A stretch of DNA of 32,000 nucleotides, taken from positions 510,001 to 542,000 of the forward strand of contig OY969931.1 of NCBI GenBank assembly GCA_963704705.1. The letters are read 5' to 3'. The notes under the pieces are model-generated. The model saw nothing but the letters and a program-made list of their open reading frames with translations, made no database searches and was not told the origin of the DNA. How positions within the stretch are numbered: position 1 is the first letter of the stretch; each line of letters starts with the position of its first letter. The stretch is from an uncultured bacterium. Lineage in GTDB: Bacteria; Patescibacteriota; Gracilibacteria; UBA1369; PNNO01. Made by a program: the position numbers and the translations under genes. This document shows positions 1 through 7,772 of the stretch, piece by piece.

Positions 1-1
1 A

Positions 2-2248
2 ATGCCTGAAGTCATTGATCCTTCTGAAGGAGACACAATGAGAATTTATTACACTCTTGATACATGCGCTTACGTAAAAGTAAATGTAACTGACCCTTCA
101 AACAGCAATGCGCATGTAGCTGAGCTTCAGGACTGGACATATCAGTGTGATGGTGAACATTATGTTGTTTGGGAAGGCAAAAACGACAACAACCAAATTA
201 TGCATAATGGTGATTATAAAATTACAATTGATGCAAATAACAGCAAAGGATCAGATGAAGAAGTGGAATTTGTTGAAGTTACAGATAATAACGGAGGCGG
301 AAACAACAATGGAAATCTTCCTGATGTTTATGACTTAAGTTTAAACAGAGATGTGTTTGATCCTTATGATCAGACAGTTACATTAACTTATAAACTGGAC
401 GAATGTTCGGATGTAACAATCAAGATTTACGATGAAAATGATAATTATGTTGATACTTTAACTAATGCTGAAAATAAGTGTTCAGGTACTTTTACAGAAA
501 CCTGGAATGGTGAAGATTCATCAAATAATGAAGTTGATGATGGAAATTATTACTTCAAAGTCTATGCTTTAAATGATTACGGAAGCGATTCTGAAAAAAA
601 ATATGTTGAAGCTGATTCAAGCAGCAATAATTCAGGCAATGACAAACCGCAAATTACAAATGTAGATGTAAATCCAGATGTATTTAATCCTTATGATGAA
701 GATACTGAATTGAAATTTAAATTAAATACTTGTGCAGATGTAAGCATTGATGTTCGTGATCAGGATAATGATGTTGTTTATGAGGTTATTCATAATAAAA
801 ATTTATGTAGCGGTACACATTCTTACAAATGGGACGGTGAAGATGATAATAATCATTATGTAAGAGAAGATAATTATGAATTTTACATCAGAGCTGAAAA
901 TGATGAAGGAACTGATACAGCACGAGCTGATGTTGATGTTGATTACAACGGCTACACTTACAATTCAGGAGAAAGATGTTCAAATTACCTTGATGTAAGC
1001 ACAAGCAGTGAATATTGCGATGCTATTGAATATGTAACTGGAAGAGGAATTTTCGACGGATATCCTGACGGAACATTTAAACCTTATCAGGCAATTAACC
1101 GCGCTGAAACTTCAAAAGTTATTATTAAAGGATTTGATTATCCTATACTTTCACCTGACGGAACAAACCTTGGATTCTGGGATTTATTACCTGAAGCTTG
1201 GTATATTCCTTATATAAAAACAGGTAAGGCTTACGGAATTTTACAGGGATATCCTGATGGTTCATTCCAGCCTGCAAGAACAGTAAACCGCGTGGAATTA
1301 CTTAAGATTTTCCTTGAGTCAGCAAATGTAGCATTGCCTACTTGCAATACAGCTCCTTATGTTGACACTCCAAAACAAGCGGATACAGAATGGTATATTC
1401 CATATGTTTGCTATGCGAAAATGAACAATTTAATGGATACAGACTATTATGGTCACTTTAATCCTGATAAACCAATGACTCGCGGCGATGTAGCTGAGTT
1501 ATTCTACAGATTTTCAAACCGCGATTATAATACCAATTACACTTATAACGACCCATATTATTACGACGATTACTACTACACCAACACAACTACCGGAACA
1601 GTAGCAAAATTAAGCAATGTTGAACTTTCTGATGATAAGGTTGAACGAGGCGATGCATTCACTATTTATTATAATTTGAATGTACGATCTGATGTAACTA
1701 TTGAAATCCTTGATGAAGATGGTGATGTTGTAAGAGAAATTATTGATGACTTCAGCCAGTCAGCAGGAAGATTATCAGCTCGCTTTAACGGAGAAAATGA
1801 CGATGGTGACGATTTAAGATTGGGTGATTACACTGTAAGAATAGTTGCACGTAACTATTATGGATCAGACAAAGAAGAAATTGATTTTGAAGTTGCTGAA
1901 AACGGAGGAAGCAGTAGCGACGACTACAGAGATACCAATAAATTAGTTGATGTTTACGATCTTAATCTGGATCCAGACGAGTTCGATCCTGATACTGAAG
2001 ACACGACTTTTTCATTCAGATTGAGCAGAACAGCAAATGTTACAGTTAAAGTTTACGATGATAACAATCACCTTGTATTAAGATTGATTGATGAAGAAGA
2101 TTTAAGAGGAGGATATCAGTCAGTGAACTGGGATGGTGATGATAAAGACGGATATCAGGTTGATGACGGTGATTATAAAATTGTAATTCAGGCAGATAGT
2201 TCGCTTGGAAATGATGAAGAAGAAATTTATGTAACAGTAAACAGCTAG
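2..2248 (+). CDS. Surface protein with repeated FlgD/Ig-like beta domains and three central SLH domains (probably 5'-truncated by window edge)
   Basis: Repeats of 'DxFDPxxxxxxLxYKLxxCxDVxIxIxDxxxxxV...xxCSGxxxxxWxGxDxxNxxVxDGxYxxxVxAxN'; SLH-like 'YVTGRGIFDGYPDGTFKPYQAINRAE', 'YGILQGYPDGSFQPARTVNRVELLK', 'FNPDKPMTRGDVAELFYRF'. ORF begins at base 2 so the true start may lie outside. Confidence 0.85.
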   Translation: MPEVIDPSEGDTMRIYYTLDTCAYVKVNVTDPSNSNAHVAELQDWTYQCDGEHYVVWEGKNDNNQIMHNGDYKITIDANNSKGSDEEVEFVEVTDNNGGGNNNGNLPDVYDLSLNRDVFDPYDQTVTLTYKLDECSDVTIKIYDENDNYVDTLTNAENKCSGTFTETWNGEDSSNNEVDDGNYYFKVYALNDYGSDSEKKYVEADSSSNNSGNDKPQITNVDVNPDVFNPYDEDTELKFKLNTCADVSIDVRDQDNDVVYEVIHNKNLCSGTHSYKWDGEDDNNHYVREDNYEFYIRAENDEGTDTARADVDVDYNGYTYNSGERCSNYLDVSTSSEYCDAIEYVTGRGIFDGYPDGTFKPYQAINRAETSKVIIKGFDYPILSPDGTNLGFWDLLPEAWYIPYIKTGKAYGILQGYPDGSFQPARTVNRVELLKIFLESANVALPTCNTAPYVDTPKQADTEWYIPYVCYAKMNNLMDTDYYGHFNPDKPMTRGDVAELFYRFSNRDYNTNYTYNDPYYYDDYYYTNTTTGTVAKLSNVELSDDKVERGDAFTIYYNLNVRSDVTIEILDEDGDVVREIIDDFSQSAGRLSARFNGENDDGDDLRLGDYTVRIVARNYYGSDKEEIDFEVAENGGSSSDDYRDTNKLVDVYDLNLDPDEFDPDTEDTTFSFRLSRTANVTVKVYDDNNHLVLRLIDEEDLRGGYQSVNWDGDDKDGYQVDDGDYKIVIQADSSLGNDEEEIYVTVNS

Positions 2249-2271
2249 GATTAAACGACAATTCGATTGTT

Positions 2272-2313
2272 AAAGGCCCTTATCAGGTTGCTCACCCTAT
2301 AGGGCCTTTTTTT
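2272..2313 (+). terminator. Rho-independent terminator
   Basis: AAAGGCCC...GGGCCTTTTTTT stem followed by T-run just after the SLH ORF. Confidence 0.8.
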
Positions 2314-2347
2314 ATATTGCCGGGCAAACCCACTTTAGTACAATAAC

Positions 2348-2376
2348 TTGCTCCAGTGAAAATTTAGGTTTATAAT
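2348..2376 (+). promoter_or_regulatory. Sigma70-like promoter for YtxH gene
   Basis: TTGCTC (2348-2353), 17-nt spacer, TATAAT (2371-2376), 25 nt before the ATG at 2402. Confidence 0.6.
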
Positions 2377-2401
2377 ATATATACACTATTAACATAAAAA
2401 T

Positions 2402-2824
2402 ATGGGTAAAAAATCTAGTTTAATATTAGGACTACTTGCCGGAACTGCTCTTGGCATACTTTTTGCACCAAAAACCGGAAAAACTTTAAGAAAACAAATT
2501 AAAGAAGAACGCGATAGCGGAGGTTATGGCCTTTCAGCAATAAAAGAAGGTTTTGTTGGAATGGGAAAAGAAGTTGTTGATACAGCTAAAGAGGCTTATG
2601 AATCTGAAGATGTTCAGGAACAGATTTCAATGGCTAGAGAAAAAGCTGAAGAATTGGCTGAAGAAGGGAAAGAACAAGTAAGAAGAGTTGCTAGAAGAGC
2701 TGGCAGAAAAGCAAAAATGACTGCTACCAAAGTAGGACGAAAAGCAGGCAGAAAAGCTAAAAAAACTGCTGCAAAAGTAGGACGAAAAGCTAAGGCATTT
2801 ACAAAAAAGAAAATTGGAAAGTAA
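2402..2824 (+). CDS. YtxH domain-containing protein with lysine/alanine-rich histone H1-like C-terminal tail
   Basis: N-terminal 'LILGLLAGTALGILFAPKTGKTLRKQIKE' is typical of YtxH; C-term 'KMTATKVGRKAGRKAKKTAAKVGRKAKAFTKKK'. Confidence 0.8.
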   Translation: MGKKSSLILGLLAGTALGILFAPKTGKTLRKQIKEERDSGGYGLSAIKEGFVGMGKEVVDTAKEAYESEDVQEQISMAREKAEELAEEGKEQVRRVARRAGRKAKMTATKVGRKAGRKAKKTAAKVGRKAKAFTKKKIGK

Positions 2825-3644
2825 TGATAAGATAGGGGTTTTAGGTCCAAAATATACTTTCAGCGATCAGGCAGCTGATCAATATATTAAACATGAGAAA
2901 AAGGTTTATTTTTCAGGTATCTGGGATGTTTTTGAAGCTTTAAAAAAAGGCAAAATTCAAAAGGGGATTGTTCCGATTGAAAATACAATTCACGGTACAG
3001 TCCGCGAAACTTTTGATTCTTTATTCTTATCAGATTTAAAAATAATTTATCAGTTTGCGCTGCCCATTCATCATTGCGTGGCTGTTTTGGCAGGCACAAA
3101 AAAAAGTGAAATTAAAAAGGTGATTTCTCATCAACAAGCTTTAAGCCAGTGTCAAAAATATATCAGAAAAAATTTTCCAAAAGCCCAACAGATAGCCTTT
3201 TCTTCAACTGCAGAAGCAATAAGCAGTATGAAAAAAATGCAATCAGGAGTAGCTGCAGTTATTTGTTCTGAGCAGGCAGCAAAAGAAAACGGGCTTAGAA
3301 TTATTGCTAAAAATATTGCGGATCAAAAGGGTAATAAAACTTATTTTTCGGTTTTAGCCCCGGAATTCGCAAAGCCGAAAGGCAAAAATATACGTACTTC
3401 AATAGCATTTCACTTTCAAAAAGACCATCCAGGTACTTTATTCAGTGTATTCAAGGCTTTTAATGATGCAAAAGTGAATATGACAAAAATCGAATCACGG
3501 CCAACATTGGAAAAATGGGGAAATTACATATTTTTTCTGGATTTTGAAGGTGATATGAATGATCCAAAAATTGAGAAGTTGCTTAAGTTAATTGAGAAGA
3601 AAGTCGCTTTATTAAAAATATTTGGTAGTTATTTAGTGAAATAA
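2814..3644 (+). CDS. pheA: Prephenate dehydratase (stand-alone, with ACT domain), TTG start overlapping upstream ORF
   Basis: 'GVLGPKYTFSDQAADQY', 'VPIENTIHGTVRET', ACT region 'NMTKIESRPTLEKWGNYIFFLDFEG'. Confidence 0.85.
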   Translation: MESNDKIGVLGPKYTFSDQAADQYIKHEKKVYFSGIWDVFEALKKGKIQKGIVPIENTIHGTVRETFDSLFLSDLKIIYQFALPIHHCVAVLAGTKKSEIKKVISHQQALSQCQKYIRKNFPKAQQIAFSSTAEAISSMKKMQSGVAAVICSEQAAKENGLRIIAKNIADQKGNKTYFSVLAPEFAKPKGKNIRTSIAFHFQKDHPGTLFSVFKAFNDAKVNMTKIESRPTLEKWGNYIFFLDFEGDMNDPKIEKLLKLIEKKVALLKIFGSYLVK

Positions 3645-3645
3645 T

Positions 3646-4251
3646 ATGCATAGTTTTAAATTAACAAAGATTAATAAAAATTCATGGTATTTTCCGCTTA
3701 TTATTGTAGTAATATTTTTTTTATTAAGTTATTTTTTTAGAAATCAATATACTCCGATTATCTTTGTTGTAATTTTTTTCTCTTTTACGATAATTTCCGG
3801 CATGCTAACAAAGAAAGTAATTTTGGAGGTTCAAAATAACAATATAATGATTAGAACAAAAAGCAGCGAAGTAATATTTATGACATCAATAAAACCAGAT
3901 CAAATTAAAAAAGCATTATGGAAAGATGAAGGAAAGGGGATAGGCCCGGCAGTTATTTTAAAAATGCCTGATGGTACTGACATTTCTATTGGTACCATGA
4001 ATATAAGTTTTAATTGGGCTCAACCCGTAGAAGAAATTATTAAACCAAATTATTCGTTAGAAGATAAACAATGGAATGATTTTATTCAGGCAATCGGTTT
4101 ACATAGCGAAGTTTTAAACTCCGATGAAATTTTAGCAAATATAGAAAAAACAAAAAAAGTAGTAACTAGAATAAGCATGGGAATTATTATATTTACAGTT
4201 GCCTTGGTTTTAATTTCCGTGGGGCTTCTTTTATGGCTCGATATTTCTTGA
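3646..4251 (+). CDS. Hypothetical membrane protein
   Basis: ORF immediately after pheA; two N-terminal hydrophobic segments and one C-terminal TM. TGA stop. Confidence 0.65.
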   Translation: MHSFKLTKINKNSWYFPLIIVVIFFLLSYFFRNQYTPIIFVVIFFSFTIISGMLTKKVILEVQNNNIMIRTKSSEVIFMTSIKPDQIKKALWKDEGKGIGPAVILKMPDGTDISIGTMNISFNWAQPVEEIIKPNYSLEDKQWNDFIQAIGLHSEVLNSDEILANIEKTKKVVTRISMGIIIFTVALVLISVGLLLWLDIS

Positions 4252-4346
4252 TTTGTTTTCCGTTTGAATAAGCCGTATGAATCGCGGTAGAGCAAGGGAA
4301 TTTAAAATCTTTAAGAATTTTGGAAGTTATTCGGTAAGATAAATTT

Positions 4347-5594
4347 CTATTTAAAAATACCGTTTGAGCGAAGATAATGATGTTTAGGTAGTCCCATAAA
4401 ACGGCATTTCTTTAATATTTCCTTGGCTTGCTTTTTTGATTTATAAGTAAGCTTTCCTGTAAGAAATTTAGTTACAATATTGAAAAATCTATTGGATAGA
4501 TATTGAACTTGTTTTGTATCAGTAACAAATTGATATGCTCTGGCATATTGTGAGAAATATTGATTTTGTTTCTTTTTATCCAGCCATAAAAATTCTTTAA
4601 GTCTTGCAATTCTTTTTGTTTCTGTTGTATGTGGATTATATTTGAATCGTTTTTTCCATTCTTTTGATATTCTGGTAATGCTTTTTTGAGGAAATTGAAC
4701 TTTCCCGTCTTTATATTGTAAACCGTGAAAATCAAAAGTTAAGTCATTAATGTTGCCGAATTGGCATTTATCCAGATTAAATTCGAGTTTCAATTTTTTA
4801 ATTTCTGTTTCAAGGTATAGTTTTATTTTTCTAAGTTTAACCGGGTCTTTATCCATTATTATAAAATCATCTCCTACTCTTCTGTACAGTGCAACCTGTT
4901 TTCCAATTATGTTATCAAGGTGATTTACATTCAAATTAAGGAAATGAGGACAAAAAGTCATACCCTGCAAAATACCTGTTCTATATGACATTAATGTTCC
5001 TTTATTAATGAATGGCTGTTTGATTATATTTCTTATGATTTCAAGAACGCGATCTTCAAAATCCATATTTTTTAGAATCTTCAAAATTATTTCATGATCT
5101 ATAAAATCAGCATATTTTTTAATATCCATTCTTAATACATATAATTCTTTACCGTAATTTCTAAGATAGAATCGCCTAACGCTTCTTGATGCGTAATAAC
5201 TGGCTTTATCACTTCTGAATGAATATACATAATCTGAATATGCAGCTGCAATAACCGGTTCGATTTGTCTTAATACGGCCTGACATTTAATTCTGTCTTT
5301 TAAAGTTAAAGAAAATGTGCCTCTGATTCCACCGTCTTTTTTAGGAACTTCGATATATTTTGCAGGTAATAAATTAACACCTGTTTTTAATTCTTTTTGG
5401 ACTGTTGCAAGCAGTTTATCGATATTTATTTCTGCCTTGGAAAGTGTTTGTCCATCAATACCTTTATAGCTATAAGTTTTGCATTTTTCAGTAAATTTTT
5501 TATATAAATCCAAATATGCCTGGCTTATGTTGTCCCAGGACACAATTGCATCATACATCGAAATTGGTTCTTTTGTTTTGAATAAATTCAGCAT
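4347..5594 (-). CDS. Reverse transcriptase, group II-like/unclassified, without recognisable maturase or HNH domain
   Basis: 'YKGIDGQTL', 'IEVPKKDGGIRGTFSLTLKDRIKCQAVLRQIEP', 'YSFRSD', motif A 'RMDIKKYADFIDHEIIL', motif B-like 'GILQGMTFCPHFLNLNVNHLD', catalytic 'RRVGDDFIIM', followed by 'LNLDKCQF...DFHGL'. Confidence 0.88.
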   Translation of the reverse strand: MLNLFKTKEPISMYDAIVSWDNISQAYLDLYKKFTEKCKTYSYKGIDGQTLSKAEINIDKLLATVQKELKTGVNLLPAKYIEVPKKDGGIRGTFSLTLKDRIKCQAVLRQIEPVIAAAYSDYVYSFRSDKASYYASRSVRRFYLRNYGKELYVLRMDIKKYADFIDHEIILKILKNMDFEDRVLEIIRNIIKQPFINKGTLMSYRTGILQGMTFCPHFLNLNVNHLDNIIGKQVALYRRVGDDFIIMDKDPVKLRKIKLYLETEIKKLKLEFNLDKCQFGNINDLTFDFHGLQYKDGKVQFPQKSITRISKEWKKRFKYNPHTTETKRIARLKEFLWLDKKKQNQYFSQYARAYQFVTDTKQVQYLSNRFFNIVTKFLTGKLTYKSKKQAKEILKKCRFMGLPKHHYLRSNGIFK

Positions 5595-5604
5595 TTTTTT
5601 TGTA

Positions 5605-5919
5605 TTCTCTGAAACGCCATTACAATACAGTTACGCCATAAAAATAATATAAATGACTAACTGTTAGTGATATGCATACAACTTACTGATCAATCCATAG
5701 GTGATCTGAAAGTGGGTTATGAAGAGAATATGAATATATTCTTAGAATAACTCACTAAGAGGATCATTAGTGGATAGTGAAGAAAGTATGTATGCTTTAC
5801 AATTCCCACTGTTATTCCCGGCATCTGTCAGGGAAATAATTATAATTTCTTAAATAACAGCCGCAATGTTTTAGATGCATCCCTTCTCAAAGATAAAATT
5901 GTAATGGCATTTCAAAGAA
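5605..5919 (-). ncRNA. Candidate RT-associated structured non-coding RNA bounded by a 22-bp inverted repeat (retron a1/a2-like)
   Basis: On the minus strand 5'-TTCTTTGAAATGCCATTACAAT (5919-5898) pairs with 5'-ATTGTAATGGCGTTTCAGAGAA (5626-5605): 22 bp, 2 of them G.U. Ends 10 nt before the RT start codon. Dense internal inverted repeats; no plausible ORF. Confidence 0.65.
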
Positions 5920-5930
5920 CAAATCGTATT

Positions 5931-5939
5931 ATTATACCA
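5931..5939 (-). promoter_or_regulatory. Extended -10 promoter driving the candidate ncRNA and RT
   Basis: Minus strand reads TGGTATAAT (TGn-TATAAT); predicted start falls just upstream of the 22-nt arm. Confidence 0.55.
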
Positions 5940-5982
5940 CAAAATTAACAAAAAGCTAAATATTGTATATGTATAGGTTAAG

Positions 5983-6015
5983 TTTTGCCTTTATTCTGGT
6001 AAAAAAGGCAATTTT
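5983..6015. terminator. Bidirectional terminator-like hairpin in the divergent RT/ABC intergenic region
   Basis: TTGCCTTT (5985-5992) / AAAGGCAA (6004-6011), with T-run on plus and A/T flanks on both sides. Confidence 0.4.
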
Positions 6016-6019
6016 GTAG

Positions 6020-6025
6020 TATAAT
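6020..6025 (+). promoter_or_regulatory. -10 box for the divergent gene cluster
   Basis: TATAAT about 26 nt before ATG 6051; no good -35 seen. Confidence 0.4.
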
Positions 6026-6050
6026 AATCAGAAATAAAAAATAAAAATAA

Positions 6051-7772
6051 ATGCAATACGAGCTCACAAAAAAACAAATAATCTCGGAATCAAATAAAAT
6101 TCGCAGCGAATTTAGGCGAATAAACTTGGAAAAAAGCCAAAAAAAATATATTGGAAATTTTCTAAAAAAACACAAAAAGACTTTTTACATGCTTATTATT
6201 CTTACTGCAACTGAAACGCTTATAAGCATAGCTTTGCCGATAATAAGTCATCTTTATCTGGAAAAAAGTTTTGATTTGATGAGTTACAGTACTTTTCTGA
6301 TTGTTGGAATTAGTCTGTTTGTTTTAATTATTTTGTTTTTAATTAATAGTTTTTACAGGATTTTTGCCACACAGAAGTTCACAATGGAGGCTATTAATAA
6401 CGTACGTGAAGCATGGTACATTTATTATTTAAAGCACTCAGCTGCTTTTAAAGCAAACTTTGACGGGAAAAAATTGATGACCAAGTTCTTATATCATATT
6501 CAGTTATTAAGGCTTGGAGTAAGTAATGTTCTTGCAACAGGGCTTCAGGCTCTTTTGATGTATATTGCGATTTTGTTGTTTTCAATATTTTTCAATCCAA
6601 AGTTGTTTTTGGTTTTATGGCTTTCTGTGCCGCTTTTTATAATAATATTTCTTATCACAGATTATATAGGACGACATTATATTACCCGCGAACAAACATT
6701 TAACAGCAGAATAGTCGAACATTTAGCTGATACATTATTGAATTTTTCTCTGTTTAAATCACAGGGCAGGGAACGGGCAAAACTTAAAGACTTTGATAAT
6801 TTGATTGAAGTAGATACTTATTTTAGAATTAGAAGACAATTATGGCTTCAATTCAGTAATAGATTTTTGTATGGAATTATTCTTCTTGTTGGAGTGATTT
6901 TCTATTTTGTTCAGATTTACTGGCCATTTGTAGAATTTGATTCTCTTACAAATGTGGCAGCGACAGGTATTATAATGGCATATTTTGTGAAAGTTTTATA
7001 TTCCACAGCAAGAGTAGGAATGTTTTATGAGGCATTTAGATTAGGTTTGAGATTAGTAGTGCCAAAATTTCCATATAATATAAATAAATCCATCCTTAAA
7101 CTTCCAAGTTGGAAAAAATTGAGATTCCATAGCAAAAAAACAAAGCTCGCAAAATATGGAAATTACATAAAAGATTTTAATTTTGAAATTGAAAAAGGGA
7201 AAAAATATCTTGTCTATTCGAATGGATCATATGGAAAATCAACACTGGCAAAATATTTAACCGGTACAAAATCCAATTCGAGTATAATTGTAAATCTCGA
7301 TAAAAGGCGATTCACTTCCGATATTTTCACTTCTTACAAAAATAACAGCTTCTTTATTTCCGAGGAAATCCGTTTTGATATTACTCTGGCTGAGTACATT
7401 TTTGCTAAAGGTCTTGATGATATTTCAAGAGCTGATATTGATGAGTTAATAGATAAGCTGAAAAAATACGAAATATTTGATTTTTTATTTGATCATAAGA
7501 GTTTTATTGGAAGAGAGGTTGTATCAGGGGATCTTTCAACACAGGAAAATGCACTTTTGCAAATTGCACATTGTATTATGAATCCTAAAAAACTTATTTC
7601 TATTGATCACAGCTGTTTTGATGAATCTTATTCACAGATTATAAGAGGGTTGGAAATTTTGTTAGAAGAATGTCCTAAAACCACATATGTTTTCTTTTCA
7701 AATAAACCAAATAATTTATTTAAGTATGACAAAACGTTCGAGCTTAATAAGGCCGAGTTTAAAGAGATATAA
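6051..7772 (+). CDS. ABC transporter-like membrane ATPase with degenerate nucleotide-binding domain
   Basis: N-terminal multi-TM ABC transmembrane-like region; C-terminal 'KYLVYSNGSYGKSTLAKYLTG' (Walker A-like), 'SGDLSTQENALLQIAHCIMNPKKLISIDHSCFD' in place of LSGGQ...LLLDEPTS. Confidence 0.75.
   Translation: MQYELTKKQIISESNKIRSEFRRINLEKSQKKYIGNFLKKHKKTFYMLIILTATETLISIALPIISHLYLEKSFDLMSYSTFLIVGISLFVLIILFLINSFYRIFATQKFTMEAINNVREAWYIYYLKHSAAFKANFDGKKLMTKFLYHIQLLRLGVSNVLATGLQALLMYIAILLFSIFFNPKLFLVLWLSVPLFIIIFLITDYIGRHYITREQTFNSRIVEHLADTLLNFSLFKSQGRERAKLKDFDNLIEVDTYFRIRRQLWLQFSNRFLYGIILLVGVIFYFVQIYWPFVEFDSLTNVAATGIIMAYFVKVLYSTARVGMFYEAFRLGLRLVVPKFPYNINKSILKLPSWKKLRFHSKKTKLAKYGNYIKDFNFEIEKGKKYLVYSNGSYGKSTLAKYLTGTKSNSSIIVNLDKRRFTSDIFTSYKNNSFFISEEIRFDITLAEYIFAKGLDDISRADIDELIDKLKKYEIFDFLFDHKSFIGREVVSGDLSTQENALLQIAHCIMNPKKLISIDHSCFDESYSQIIRGLEILLEECPKTTYVFFSNKPNNLFKYDKTFELNKAEFKEI

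Noticed and set aside
4262-4325. tRNA-Leu(UAA)-like string GGTAGAGCAAGGGAATTTAAAATC
   Set aside because: Anticodon loop spacing is off (19 nt instead of 17), and there is no T-arm GTTC or acceptor pairing. Short resemblance only.
4347-5594. DGR reverse transcriptase
   Set aside because: No GxxxSQ motif (QGMTFCP instead), no accessory Avd-like ORF, and no TR/VR near-repeat with A-specific differences was seen by eye. Automated TR/VR search not run.
4347-6050. Group II intron
   Set aside because: No maturase X or HNH domain, and no GUGYG 5' end or domain V-like hairpin downstream of the RT was recognised.
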